55,165 bases of DNA from Rhizaria sp. SCN 62-66 (taxonomy: Eukaryota), in assembly GCA_001724265.1 (NCBI GenBank), contig MEDY01000039.1, positions 62,001 to 117,165 of the forward strand. The letters run 5' to 3'. A program made the translations under genes and the position numbers. Of this stretch, positions 1-13,900 are shown piece after piece; positions within the stretch are counted from its first letter, which is position 1; each line of letters opens with the position of its first letter. The notes under the pieces are model-generated. The model saw only the letters and a program-made list of their open reading frames with translations, was not told where the DNA came from and searched no databases.

Positions 1-1568
1 GGCGGTGCCGAGACCGGACTGGACGTCCTTGAGCGCGTCGAAGTCCATCAGCACCGTGTCACAGACGGACTTGGGCAGCACGGGGACGGAGGAGCCGCCG
101 GGGATGATGCCCAGGAGGTTGTCCCAGCCGCCGCGGACGCCGCCGCAGTGCTTCTCGATGAGGTCCTTGAGCGGGATGGACATCTCCTCCTCGACGACGA
201 TAGGGTTGTTGACGTGGCCAGAGATGGCGAAGAGCTTGGTGCCGGCGTTGTTCTTGCGGCCGAGACCAGCGAACCAGGAGCCGCCACGGCGGAGGATGGT
301 CGGGGACACGGCGACGGTCTCGACGTTGGTGACCGTGGTGGGGCACCCGTAGAGGCCCATGTTTGCCGGGAACGGGGGCTTCAGACGGGGCTTGCCCTGC
401 TTGCCCTCGAGCGACTCGATCATGGCAGTCTCCTCACCGCAGATGTACGCACCGGCACCGCGGCAGACGTAGACGTCGAAGTCGTAGCCGGAGCCAGAGG
501 CGTTCTTGCCGATGAAGCCCTTGGCGTAGGCCTCCTCGACGGCGCGGTCGAGGCAGTTGGCCTCGTACCAGAACTCACCACGGATGTAGATGTACGCGGC
601 CTTAGCGCCCATGGCGAAGCCAGCGAGGAGAGCACCTTCGATAAGCTTGTGCGGGTCGTGACGCATGATCTCACGGTCCTTGCACGTGCCGGGCTCGGAC
701 TCGTCGGCGTTGATGACGAGGTACTGGGGGCGGCCGTCGGACACCTTGGGCATGAAGGACCACTTCAGGCCAGAAGGGAAACCGGCACCACCGCGGCCAC
801 GCAGGCCGGACTAAGCAAGAGAAGGACAAAGAAGGGGGTCATAGACAGGAGTGAAAGAGCGTGAGTGAACGAAGCAGAAGCAGAGCGCAACAGAAACTCT
901 CCGACGGAAGCAAAGACGTTGCGGTGTTATGAAGGACGTACGGCCTTGACCTCGTTGACGATCCAGTCACGACCAAGGTGAATGAAGTCCTTGGTGCGGT
1001 GCCAGTCACCCTGTGCGTAACAAAGAGCGCGGCAGAAGGGGCGTGCAGTGGGGAAGAGGCGAGAGAAGAACGCCAGAGGCCAGAGCGGACAGGAGCGGGA
1101 AGATGAGAGAGGAAAAAAAAGAGGTGAGTTGAAGGACAAAACAAAGCTGAATAAGAATACGGAAGAAATATGAAAGATGGAACAGGGCGGATGTTGAAGA
1201 AAGACGTACTCGCTTGAGAGCGCCATCGATGAAGGCGTCCTGCTTGTTGTAAAGGTTGGTGAAGATGCGGTCCTCATCCTTGAGGCCACCGTGAACGCGC
1301 GCGGGGGCAGCGGGGGCGGCAGCCGCAGCAGTGGAGAGAAGACGAGCACCTATAGACAAAGAAGGCAACAAGACACAATATCGTGAGATTCACTGCCTTA
1401 AACACGAGCGCTGACACCCTACACAGGGTCAAAGTGGGCGCTGATGACCGAGAGCACTGGGCTCACCCTCGACTGGCGACAGTCTTCGGGATATTGTGCG
1501 GGCAAATCAACGTAGTACGTACCGATAGTGCTCGTCCGCGAAACTCCCTTCGCAACGTTACCGAGCAT
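1..1568 (-). CDS. NDUFV1: NADH:ubiquinone oxidoreductase 51 kDa flavoprotein subunit (complex I), 3' end truncated by the window edge. Exons 1523-1568, 1210-1349, 942-1010, <1-810
   Basis: Spliced translation gives [22 protein letters not shown] (presequence), [73 protein letters not shown]-like region and [16 protein letters not shown] at the edge. All three introns are GTACGT...AG and keep the frame. Confidence 0.97.
811..941 (-). other. NDUFV1 intron 3 (131 nt)
   Basis: GCC|GTACGT ... GCTTAG|TCC; restores [11 protein letters not shown]. Confidence 0.95.
1011..1209 (-). other. NDUFV1 intron 2 (199 nt)
   Basis: CGA|GTACGT ... GCACAG|GGT; pyrimidine-rich; restores ALKR-GDW. Confidence 0.93.
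1350..1522 (-). other. NDUFV1 intron 1 (173 nt, phase 1)
   Basis: G|GTACGT ... TGTCTATAG|GT; joins the ATG exon to the GARLLST exon in frame. Confidence 0.88.
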
Positions 1569-1931
1569 TTTGGTTTAAAGCTCGCCGAACAAACGAATGC
1601 GAAGAGCTTGAACAATTCGTGATTCCTCATCACCGTTCGGCGGCTTTACTTCGGGGGGACGGACTCGTTTTTTGCGAACCGATCAACAGCTGAGCCGTGT
1701 GAACACTCGATTTTTTTTTCGTCAACTTGATTATCTCTATATATACTCACCGGTCACTATTTGTCTTTTGGCCAAATTTTATAATTGAGAAACAATTTAT
1801 TGTATATTGTATATTATATTCAATTTTTGTGTTCAAATGTCACTATTTTAGCTGTTATAAATACATTCTTCGTTCTAGATAACGCACTCGAGCAAACCAT
1901 TTGTTACTCTCAAGACCGACTGACTTTAGCT

Positions 1932-4900
1932 TTACAAGAGGTAGGTCCAAAGGAAGTGATGCACACGATTCACAAACTCTTCCACCAAGTCCCTCTCATC
2001 GTCTTCATCTCCGTCATCCTCAACTCCATCCCACACTTCCTCATCCTCGGCCTCCGCCAATGACCACAAGCGCTCGTCCTCGTCCTTCTCTTTCTTCCGA
2101 TCACTGCTACTGCTACTGCTTGCCGCCGTAGAAGGCGCACGTTGCGGAGCTCCAGATGCGGTGTTGATGCCCGACGCTGCGCTAAAGGGAGCATTGAAGT
2201 TCGACCGCACAGCCTGATTGCGGTTGTCGTAAAAATCATCACGGACAGCTGTCTCAAGACCACTGCTGTAGCGTTGGCCTTGATGGCGTTGGTGCACTCC
2301 ACGCTGCAGTTGCTGCGGCTGCTGCTGCTGTTGCGACATTGGCGACAGCGGTGGCGGCTGCTGCGACTGCTGCTGCTGTTGTTCTTGTAGCTGCTGGCGC
2401 TGCTGAGCCCGCGCTTGCGCCCGTGCAAGCGCTGCCGTGCGCTGCGGCCGCGGCGCCCTATACTGCCACTCGCTGGCAACACGGCGGCGCCGGCACACAA
2501 ACACCTGCAGCGGCGCGCCCGCACTCATCGCGCTATAGCTACTGTTCGCGACGGCGGGGGCGTACGGCGGCATCGGCAGCGCGCCGCCACCTGCGACCGC
2601 GCCCGTCGTCGCAACAACAGAGCCTGACGCGGCAGTCGTCGCCGCGGTCGGCGTGTGCGCGAGCGTGATGATCACGTGCAGCATCAGCGACGGCAAGCGC
2701 GGGTGGAGAATGAACAGATGCTCTTGGCCCGGCACGGAGAGGTGGCGAATGCGTTGGTAGAGAGGCACGGACTCGATCGTGTTGCGGTAGTCGGCCAAGA
2801 CCGGGGAAGCGCTTAGACGGCGCGCGGAAACACTGAGACTCAGACGAGGAGTAGCAGCGGCCGTGCGGCTCTTCGTCGTCGTCTGATAACCGCCGCCAAG
2901 GCTGTTGTTCCCCACAACACCAAACTGAGCGCCAGCTCCGGGATACAGCGACCGTGAGACCTGTTGTGACTCAAACCGCTGCCCCCATCCTCCACCAGTG
3001 CTGTTCGCCGCAGCTCCACTGTTGGCACTCGCGTTTGAGCTTGCATTGCTACCGTTCGGCTTCGCAGCTGCAGTGACCGACCGGCTGTACGCCCTGTGTG
3101 CCTTGGTTGCATTGCGCGCCGCGTCCGCGCCAGCCCTGGCCACAGTCGCTGCGACCGCCGTGACAGTCGCGTTCGCACTGTACGCCACGCGCATCGCCGT
3201 CGCGAACGCGTGCCAGAACACGTTGGCCGAGGCGGAGATCGCCACGGCACGCGCGAGCACGCGTCCCCAGTCCGCAGGCATGCGGTCCGCGCCTGCGCCC
3301 GCGGCCCCGCCGGCCGCCGCGCCCGCTGCAATGGCGGCAAGCGCGGCCGCAGCGTCGGCCGTGGCCAGCCCGGCGGCCGCGGCGTCGGCGGCCGCGGTGG
3401 CGACGGTGTTGGCCGCGGTGTGCGTGGCGTGCGCGGTGAAAGAGCGGACGAGGTCGCTGTGGGGCGTCAGCGCAGTCAGCGTAGCCAGAGCGGAAAGCGC
3501 GGGGTCGTAGTGCGTGATAGCGCGGCGCGGGCAGAGCGCGGCGAGAGCGCGCAACAGCAGCGCCGACGGAAGCACGCGGGCGCCAGAGTCACTCACGCTG
3601 CTGCCGTCCATAGCTGCACTTGAGGGAGAGTGAAGTGAAGGCGGGGCGAGTGCAGGGTTCGCTGGCAGCGCGACTGCGGCCGCAAGCGCGATGTTGATCG
3701 GCTCAGTCTGCACGACAAGCTCAAGCGGTCGTGCGACAAGCTGTTGCGAAACCGCAGAGACAGGACACAGTCCAACAGCAGATGGCGTTGATAATGACCG
3801 TGAGCAAGTGCAAGAGTCACAGTTACACTTGCACTCGCTACGGTCGGACTCAGCGCCGGAGCCGGAGCACTGAGCGACCGTGGGCGCCTGGCGGGTCGCG
3901 AGAGTGACCGTGAGCAGCGGCGTGCGCGCAGCCGCGCCTGCGAGCGCGGCCCACACAATGTCGCGCTGCCACAGCGCAAACATGCGGCGCAGCGCGGCGG
4001 ACAGAGCGCGCGCGAGCGCGGGCGCGAAAGTGGCCACGAGAGCGCTGTGCAGCACTGTGGCGCGGTCGTGGCGGCCGCCAGTCAGCTGCTGCTGCTGAGA
4101 CTTATCGCAGGTGTAAGCGGAGACAGAGGCGGGCGCCGAGAGCGGTAACTTGTCGTATGCGCTCACAGCAGCAGCCTTTGCAGCAGTAATGTCGACAGCA
4201 GTGTCCGAGACAGCGGTGAACACACGCGTCTTCGCCGTGGCTGCGCTCGTGGTCTCATTGCTGGCGCTCGTAGCGGCGTTGCTATTGCCGTCCATCGCGG
4301 GGACCGTGAGCGGTGCCCAGGTGACCGTGAGCACCCACTCCACCCCAACGCCCCACCGCACTTTCCCGCCCTCAATGGCAACGGCGCGCGGCGCAAACCG
4401 CAGCAGCAGCGACACGTCCTCCTTCCCACTGTTGTTCGCGCTGCCAGAGGTGACGGCGAGCAGAGGCGGCACGCGCACGCCACACAACACGCCGCCCGAG
4501 GCCGCAGTGACCGTGAGCGCGGCCGTGAGCAGTGGACCCGCGTGGCAGGGCGAGGAAGGATCGGCGCGTGCGGTGAGGCCGAACTCGCCGGCGCGCGCAG
4601 TCGCGAAGCGCACAAACGCGGCGGCCGCGGCCTCGGCGGCGGCAGCTTCAGCTGCTGGTGGGCGGGATAGCGCAGCGTGAGACTGAGTGAAACCGTTGCT
4701 AAAGTTGCTAACACTCGCATCGTTGTTGCTATTAGAAGCACCAGGGAGGATAGAGGTAAGAACAACAGGCGCCAACACAGCAAACGCCGCGTTATCAGCA
4801 CTGTTAGAAACCCCGGAGGCACAAACCGCACTCGCAGTCGAGTTGGCAGCAGTGTTAGTAGACGACGGTAACAGCGAAGGCGAAGGCGGGAGCAAAGGTG

Positions 4901-7900
4901 TGTGTGCGTCGCCCTTAATGCACACGGAGTCAACGCCAGAGGGGTGAGAGCCGGAAGCCCAGCCAGCGAGACTGCGCAGAGTGGGGAAGAGAGCCGCGAT
5001 CGGGGCGGCTGCGGCCACGGCGGACTCGAGACCGCTCTGCAGCTCGTCGTGCGCTGCGCTACAGCTGCCACTGTCACTGCTAGCACCTACAGAGCTACTT
5101 GCGCTACCGGTGCTGCCGCTGTTGGCCGAAATGAGTCTGCATGTGTCAGGGTTTGTGGGCACCGACGCGACGTTCGTCTTGGGCGGGAGCGCGACTACAG
5201 CGGGTGTGGCAAGGGGCAGCAACGGCACCAACGCAGTGCATTGCTCCACCATGGCTTCGAACACGACCGCACGCATCATCCGACGCATGTCGTGCGTTGA
5301 CACCGGCGCAGCGGCCGCGAGCGCGGTCGTGCAGCCACCGCTGGCGATGACACCGCCTGCGTTGGCCATGCCGCCGCCGCCGCCGCCGCCGGGGCCCGTG
5401 GAATGACCGTGAGCGGACGGCACGGGGGGCCGCACGAGGCGGCGCGCGGGCAGTGGGACGGGAGGCAACAGCGCCGCCGCGCCAGCACCAGCAGCGACAG
5501 GAGCAGTGACGTTGACGACAACACCGGAGCGTTGTAACTGCTTCGCCTGCTGGAGAGTAAGCAGCTGCGAGCGCGAGGGCGGCGGAGGACCGAAAAGGTC
5601 AGGAAACTGCGTGCGACACCGGATATGGTCGTGCTCACGCAGCACTTCCGACGTCAAGTTCTCGATAAACACAATCGGACCCATGCCAGTCGTCACCACA
5701 GTGTACGCACCGCAACCACCTGTTCGCCCCACGGTGCTGGAGCCACCGCGCGCGCGCTTGGTACGAGTCAGCGCGGGGACTGTGAGCGCGCGGATCAACA
5801 GCGCCTCGCTGGGGCGGTCCTTGCCGGTTTCCGCGGAGGCAACGGACATGACGGCGAGATACTTCAGCGGCACGATCGAGCCGCCGTCGAGACTTGATTC
5901 GGCGTAGGCGTTGGCGGGCCGCGCCAGCAGCAGCTTGTCAGCGCCGGCGCGGGCAAACGCAGCCGAGAGATGCGCGGCGAGCGCGGCGGGCGGCGCCAGA
6001 GCGAGCAGAGAGGGATAAACGCCGGGCACAATCTGCTGCGGGAGCCCAGCGAGACGCATAAGCGAATTAAAGCAGAAAGTGACGACGCCTGCAAGCGGGG
6101 GGAAGCCTGCTGCAGCGGCAGCGGCGGCCATCGAGGACAGCGACGGCGGTGGAAGCGCGGTCGGCGCAGCACGCGCGGTGGCAGCAAGGTGCGACGTGCG
6201 GTATGCCTTGTCCTGGTGCTGATCAAAGGCCTTGCTGCGCACGGCGTCGAAGGGCAGAGGTGGCAGCATGACTGTCGTCGCAATAAACCGGTCGCCGCAC
6301 TCCGCAATCGCGGTGTTGCTTGAGTCAGAGAGCGAGCGAGAAAGCGGTGCATGCGTCTCCAGCGAGACTTCAATCAGGACTGATGCACCGTAGACAATCT
6401 TGGAGAGAAAGAAGCGGCGCGATGAACCAACCATCACAGTTGTCGCGTTCTCAGATGCGGCCGCTGTTGTACCGCTACTTGTAGCAGCAGCAGTCGTGGC
6501 GTTCGCTTGTTGTTGTTGCTGAAGTTGCTGCGCCTGCTGCTGTTCTTGCTGCTGCTGTTGAGCTTGCTGTTGCTGCTGTTGTTGCTGCAGTGTATGCGCA
6601 GACATCGCTGTCCCAGGCATCGCCATCCCGGGCCGGCCCCGGTTGAGCAGCCGCAGAGTCTGCATCACAGGGATCCGCGCGCCACGGGCGGTCACGCCAG
6701 CGCCCGCCCCACCGGCGGCCGCGTTCAGCGCGCCGGCGCTAGCGGAGACGGAAAGACGCGCTGCCGCCGCTGCTGCCGCTGTTGATGAAGCAGCGGCCGA
6801 ACCCGCACTGGTGGCAACTGATGACTGCGCACCTGCCGAGGCCGAAGGAGACTGGAGGTTAGCCGATGGGAGTGGCTCAATCGTGTAGCCCTCGACCTCG
6901 TTTTTGGTGTCCACAGTGTCATCAAAAGCAATAACAATGGCACCAATGCGGGAGACAAGATGCTCAACAAACCGCAGCAACGCGCGTCGACTCCACGCCA
7001 CGTCAGCACGCACACGCGCACTCTCGCTACTCTCAGTTGCTGTTGCAGTGTTGAGAGTGGGAGGCTTGTGCGCGCAACCGTGCGCCGCGGGTGTCACCGG
7101 GCGCGCAAAGGGCGAGTACACTGGGGCGCGGTAAGAGCCGCACACGCGCGACTGCTGCGCCAGCACGGGTAGCCACGTCGCGCGACTGAGAGGCACGACA
7201 CCCGCGGTCATAACGCCGGTGTACGTCGCACTGAGCGAAGGCAAGTCGCTTGCGGCTCCGGCTGCTGTGTGAACCCGAGCCGCGGGAGCAGCGGAAGCAG
7301 TGCCTGCTGCGGCGACGTTAGGTGCGCTTGTCGGAGCTGAGATGGAGGTAGGAGTAGCCGGCTGCGCGCTAATCGCGGCGCGCACGCGCGTGATAAACCC
7401 CATCGACATACGCAGAGGCAGTGCGGGGAGTATCTGTTGCTGCAACGTGCGAGTCGCAAGTGCGCCCCTCAACGCCGCCGCTGCAGCCGCAGATTCGCTC
7501 TCTGTGAGCCCGGGGTACTGAGCAAGGTTGGACGAGAACTTGTGCGCGCTCCACAGAGCCTCAGCGCGCGCAATAAGCACAACGCCAGCTGAAGCGGACA
7601 TCTGCTCGCGGTCGAGCCGGCGCAGAGAAAGCATCGCAGCGGCAACGTGGCGCTGCGCGAGGTCCATAGGCAAGCGCTCGAAGCCGCCAGCAAAGGCACG
7701 GCCGCGGATGTAGCGCACTGCACTCGTTGTTAAAGCGGCCGGAACAAGAGCTGTTGAGGTATTGTCGGCGTTTTGCGTCGGTTGAACTTCAGCGCGGACC
7801 CGCGGCTTCACTTCTTCGATCGCGCGCGCAATGCGGCGGAGCGGACCAGTGGGGCACCACAGCGCGCGGAGCTCATCCGCTGCGAGTGCTTGCAGTGCAC

Positions 7901-10900
7901 GAGTGAAAGGCGCGCGCTTGACGAGAGTGCGGGCCGCGGTCGAGTCTGGCGTGCGGAGACCGCCAGTGCCCCAGGAGCAGGCGGCGTGGATTTGAGCTGT
8001 TGTCAACGCGGCGTATGAGTCGACGCGCTCGCACAGACTGCTTTCCGTGACGGCCAGAGGACTCGCCTGCGCAACTGGTGTGGCGGCAGATGTCGCCGCC
8101 GCGGCAGCAGAGGGCGCAGCGGTAATTTGAGTGAGAATGTCGGTGGGAGAGTACTCCTCGATAGCAGCGCCAGCGTCTGTCAGCAGCGTTGTCCCGCTCA
8201 CAGCTCCGCTCACGCTAGATACGTTCGATGCACTATTTCCAGTCATGTGGGCGCCACTCGGCACTGTCGCCTTTGTCCCGGCGGGAACGGTGTTGGTTCC
8301 AGTGCGCGTCAGCACACTGCCGCAGAGCCAGGCAAACAGCGCACCGGCGCCGCCGTCGCCGCCGTGCGCAACGCGGACTGTAATCGCGCCCTCAGCCGCC
8401 GCTGTAGCGGCCGCAGCGTGCGGCAACGCCCAGCCAGCAAGATGCCACAGTGCCCGACGCGCGCGCTCAGTCTTAGGCGGCTCAGGGAACACGACATATG
8501 AGCCAATGTTGGCGAAAGTGAAGTAAGGCCGCGGTGCGCCCTCAAGCTCATTAACACGCGCCCATGCAGCAGCAGCAGCGTCGCGCAAGGAGTCAACTTG
8601 GCTGAGCAAGATAGCACGCTCGTTTTCGATCAAAGCGGATCCAACGGATGAGTTGGCACCGAAGCGCGCCGTTGCGCCACCACGTGCATTGTTATTTTGA
8701 GCTGCGGCGGCCGCAGCGGCGGCAGCTGCGGCAGCAGCAGGCTTCCTCTTGCGTGCGACTGTGGCTGCGACGGTGAGGCCGTTTGCCTTAGCGAAGCGTT
8801 CGAGCTTCATCGCCGCCAAGAACGCGGCTGCAGTCGCATTGCGTGCCTCAGCGCGAGCCGAGAGAGCCATGGCCTGCTCCGGCGACAGCGTGGCAGTGCC
8901 GCGCACGGGGACCGAGAGCAGCGGAGGCGGTGCATTGCAATGTGAGAAGAGGCCGATCTTCTGATGCAAGATGTTGTCGGTGAGGTTGTAGCGAGTGCCA
9001 GCCCATGCCAACAGCTTGTTGAGACGTGTCACAAGCGCGGTCACGGCGGCCGGTGACCAGTTAAGAGTGTACACAGTCAAGCGGTGGCCGCGGAGCAGAA
9101 GCAGACTCGCGGTGTGGCGCGGAAGCGAGACGGACCGCTGCTTGCCACTACTGTGACCGTGGCTGTGCGCAGAGTGACCGTGACTGTGCACAGAGCCGTG
9201 CTCGCCCGTAGCGTCGCTTGCGGCAGTGTTAGAGTTTGCGAACATAGACGGGATCGGTGCAGGGACAATGACAGGCGGGAAAAGAGTGAGCTTCGAGTCC
9301 GTATGGAAACCGCCCAAGTGCACTGCAACGTCGACGTGTCCGCCAGAGTGATGGTGCAGCGGGGGCGCGCCAACACTGCCAGTGGCAGTCGCAGCGGTGC
9401 GCGATGACCCGAATGCGCCACGCGACTGCGCACCGCTGGTACCAGAGCTGCCAGAAACGCCAGAGCGAGCAGGTGACGCGCTGCGAGTATGGCCACCGGA
9501 AATGCTGCCTCTTTGTTGCGCGTTAGTCGCAACTGCGGCGGCAGCGGCGGCGCGACGAGCACCAACGCCGCCATGCTGCTGTTGCTGCGCAGCGTGCGCC
9601 GCAGTGTTACTGTGAGACGACGGAGACGTCGCAGCGATATACGCGTCGCGGAACGCGAGTGCAGCACCTGCGGGCACAGCGGCCGCAGCAGCGGCGGCCG
9701 CAGCAGCGGCAGCGCCGCCAGTCGCGCTCGATCTACCGCTGCCCGTGCTCGTCTGCGAGGACGGCGACGAGAAAAGCGACTGCGGCGACAGCGGGGCGCC
9801 CTCACACGACACTGCGGCAGCAGCAGCGGCTGCAGTCGCGACGGCGGCAGCGTCCGCAGCAGCCTTGAACCCGACCGCGGCCAACAGCGCCTCGAGCCCA
9901 GTGCCGGCCAGGATGGCGACCGTGCGCTCCGAGTCAAGCACAGCGGTTCCGCCGCGGCGCAGCCCGTTGTAACTGCCGCCCTTGCCAGCAGACCGCTTCG
10001 CTCCCGCAGTTCCAATACCAGATCCAGTGTTTCCACCAACTCCACGCGACGAAGCGTTTGGAGAGCGCGCTGCACTTGTGTGTCCGTCGGATGATAGTCT
10101 CGGAGGCGGAGAGAGCACGGCGGCGGCCTCCTCCGCAGTCGCGGGTGCCCACCAGCCGCAGTCAGTCTTGACCAGGCGGACCTTTGGCGAGTCAAACGTG
10201 CGCGTCGCCGACTCGAGCACGACCGCGATCGGCGGCGCCAGCAGTGCTTCCGCGGCGCCCGGAGGCGGTAGCGCGGCGGCGGCGACGGTGCTGCCTGCGG
10301 CGACGGCGTCGGCGAAGGTCGGTAGCGCAGCGTCGATGGCCCACGCGGGCAGCGCGACGCGGGCGGTTGCGCGCTGGACGCTGGGCGAGTGTTGGTGCAC
10401 GGCGGAGGAGAGAACGTCGAGCAACGGCAGCAGAATGCGGTCACCAAACGCAGTGAGCGCCGGAGCAGGCTTCTGTGCAGAGTTGCTGCTGCCCGCAGCA
10501 GGCGGCTTTGCAGTGGGAGCACTTGGCGCTGGTGCTGCAGTTGTGGTGAGAGAGAGCTCAGAGACGGGCGTGGCAGTGGCGGAGACCACTGCAGCGGGCG
10601 CTGGCGGACGTGCGATTTGCTGCGGCTGAGGCCGGATCATGCGGCTGAGCGCGGGCGGCATAAAGCGACCGCGGCCGCCTGCCATAGCAGCTGCCGCCGC
10701 AGCCTTCTGTTGTTGCTGCTGCGCTGTCATCCCCGCAGCACCGGGCACAGCTGACAGCGCGCCTGCAAAGGGAGACGTTGCGGCAGCAGCAGACGCGACA
10801 GGACTCGCCGTCGCCGCAAACGAGCTCACTGCAGATGCATCTGCTGTTGAGCCAGCAGCAACGATCAAGCTGGAGCTGGAGCTGGTCTGAGAGGGCGAAC

Positions 10901-13900
10901 CCGCAGCAACGGGAGCCGTAAGAGCAGAAGACATGAGGCGCGTGACCGCAAGCCTCTGCTCCCACAGCAGCGTCTCCGCAAGATAATCATGCAGTGCGTG
11001 GTCTGCAGCAAGCGCCACGCGCTGCAACAGCGCTGCCGCATCGACACCAGTGGACGCGGTTGCAGTAGTCTGGCCCGCGGCTGCGCTCGCGTTGCCGCCA
11101 CCAAAGGCCATCGACGCAGAGTGCTCATCCGCGCTGTCCGCAGTCGTGACAACTTCGATCACGAGCGCGTACTCACCGAGCGTTCCGGCCGACCACGAAC
11201 GCACTGCGGCGGCCGCGGTGTCGGCTGCGAGCGCGGTCGCCGTCGCTGCCGCAGCATTCGCAGTCGCAGCGGCCGCAGCAGCAACGTACGGCGCGCAAGC
11301 CGCAGCGGCAGCCGCGATCGCTGCTGTTGACGAGGAAGACGATGAATGCGACGACCCAGATCCAACGGCAGAACCAGCACCAGACGTTAAGGAAGCGCTG
11401 TTGGACGTCGCGTGCAACGAGGACCCAAAAGAGGAAGATGCGGAGCTTGCACCGCGGCGAGATGAACGACTGCCGCCAGCGCTTGCGAGGGCCGCAGCAG
11501 CAGCGGCAGTCGCGGCAGCCGAAGCCTCGACCGCAGCTGAGTTGGCAGCGGCTGCATCTGCGGCGGCAGCGGCAGACAGCGCGGTTGCTTCCGCCTCTGC
11601 AGCACTTGCGAGAGTCGCGACAAAGCCGCGCTGGTGCGCCCTCTTAAGCAGCGGCGACACACGCGGCCGCGTCCGCACCACGTGGCGGCAGCCGCTCACC
11701 GTCGCGCCCATTGTACTGTTCGCGGGAGAGGACATGGCGGAAGGAAGCGCGAAGTCACCGTAGCCGATGACTGCGGTGACATCATCGTCATCCTCTTCGT
11801 CGTCGCTCTCAACAACGGTTCCGGTCGCAGCATCATTCGCGTCGACTTGCTTTGCCTTAGCAAGAGCAGCGCGTCTTGCGCGGGCCCTGCGGAGCTTGCG
11901 CCAGGCGCGCGACGCGACAACCGCGGCACAGACGCCCACGCCGCCAATGAACAATTCGCGCGGCAACGGGGCCGGGGCAAGCCGACGCAGCGCAATCTGC
12001 GGCCCGCCAAGCGGCAAAAGCAGGTGTGAAAAGCCAGGGTCGCAGCGTAACAGCGCAGCGCCGACGGACGCTGTGGGGGAAATCGTGTCGCCTGCAGCGA
12101 CAGCAGCTGCAGCAGCGGCGGCCGCAGTGGTTGCTGCGGTGGAAGAGGCTGAGGTCGCGGAGATTGATGCCGAGGCGCCAGCAAGAGCGCGGGCAATGCT
12201 GCTACTGCTGACATTGCCACTAGAACTGTGAGAGCTCCCGCGAAACCCGCTGCCGCTGTTTGCAGCAGCGACACTGCCGCTTGTGACACTGCCGGCAACA
12301 GCGAGCGCGGTGGACGTCTGCGACTGCGCGAGCTGCTGCTGTTGCTGCTGCTGCTGCGGTTCAAGCAGCACGATCGAGTGATCGCGCGCGAAAAGCTCCG
12401 CGACCGTTCCCGCGACCGTGGCCGCCAGCCGAGGCGCGGGAACGCCGCCAGACTGCGTTCCGTGGCCGCCGTGGTCGTGAAGCCCGCGCGCCGCCTCAGC
12501 AGCGGCAGCGGCGGAGAGCGCGACCGCAGTGGAGTGGCCGTGCGCGGCGTCGGGCAGCACGAGTGTCGGCGCGGCAGTGGGGTTGAACGGGGGCACGATC
12601 GTGATGATGCCAAGAGGCAGTGGCGGCAGAGGCGGCGCAGGCGCCGTGTTCGAGTGCAAGAACGAGCCCTGCAGTGACAGCCCATCAGGCGATGTACGCT
12701 GAAGCTGCGAGAGTGGCAACAGTGACGAAGACAGCAAGCCACGGGACTTGGAGCCCGGTGACAGCCGAGTGCGTCCGCCTGCCGCGGCCTCAGCTGCAGC
12801 GACAGAAGCTGCTGCAGAGGCAGCGGTCTCGACACTTCGGCGGTGGCGGTCACGCTGGCGCTGCCGCCTCGCGCGCTGCCGCTGCACCGTGAGACGCTCT
12901 TCGGACGCCAGTGCCGCGGCTTCACCGCGCGCCGTGACTGTGGGCGTGCGCTCGACGATGAGCACGGCGCGGTCAGAGAAGTCCTCGAGAACGGCGGAGG
13001 TGGCAGCGGGCTGGGTTAGCAGCGACTGTGGCGCACCAGCACCGGCGCCGGCGCCATCGGAAGCCGCAGAGACCGGCAGAGATGCCGGGGGCAGGACCGA
13101 CCGCGCCAGGCGCTGCTGCGTCAGTGGTCCGCCGGTCAGGATGTGCGCCAAAGTCAACGCGCCGCCAGTGGACGCTGCAGTTGAGTTGCTGTTGTCCGCA
13201 GCAGTTGTTGAAGAGGTGGGAGACGGAGTGGTGCAAATCTGGCCTGTTGTCATCACGGACTCAATCAGCGACGTGGCGACTGAGGGCGCAGACGCGATCG
13301 GTGCAGTGCCGTCACGACGAACAAGGCTCACAGTCACCAGCGCGAGGCCAGTGCCGAAGAAGCGTCCGCTGAGATCGGCCGCGGTGCCCGCGGTGCCACC
13401 GCCGCTGCTGCTCGCGCTGCCTGTGTTAGCAACTGCGGCGGCCGCTGCGGCGGCTGCTGCGTTGGTGGCCGTGGCAACCGCGGTGGCCGCGGCCGTCGAT
13501 GCAGTGCCGACGGCAGATCCAGCAGCTGCGGCCGTCGCAGAGGCAGAGTCTGCGGCACCCTTGCCGCCAGACGTGCGGCAATAGGTGAACATAAGCTGAT
13601 TCTGCGGCAGTGAAGAGGCAAGGTGGCCGCCGCACGCGCGAGCGGCTGGAGAGGGAAAGCCGTCGCCACTGGGCACTGGCAGCGTGTTCTGCAGCAGAGG
13701 CACCGGGAGGGTCCTAATTCCCGCAGAGCCGGTGCTAGTGCGGGACGATGTCGACAGCACACTCACCTCACTGTTGGCGTCACTATCGGTGTGGTCATCG
13801 TGCTCGCACTCAATTCTAAGCGATTCGGGCACACAGTCCGGGAAAAGACTCCACTCGCTGCCCGCGCCGACCGCGCCCACACCGACCGCCCCGGTCGCTG

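Noticed and set aside
148..864. 238-aa plus-strand ORF and similar ORFs opposite MDH, the PPR-like gene and the orphan gene (e.g. 47903-48754)
   Set aside because: Antisense shadows of genes with strong C/G-ending codon bias; the opposite strand encodes the recognisable protein.
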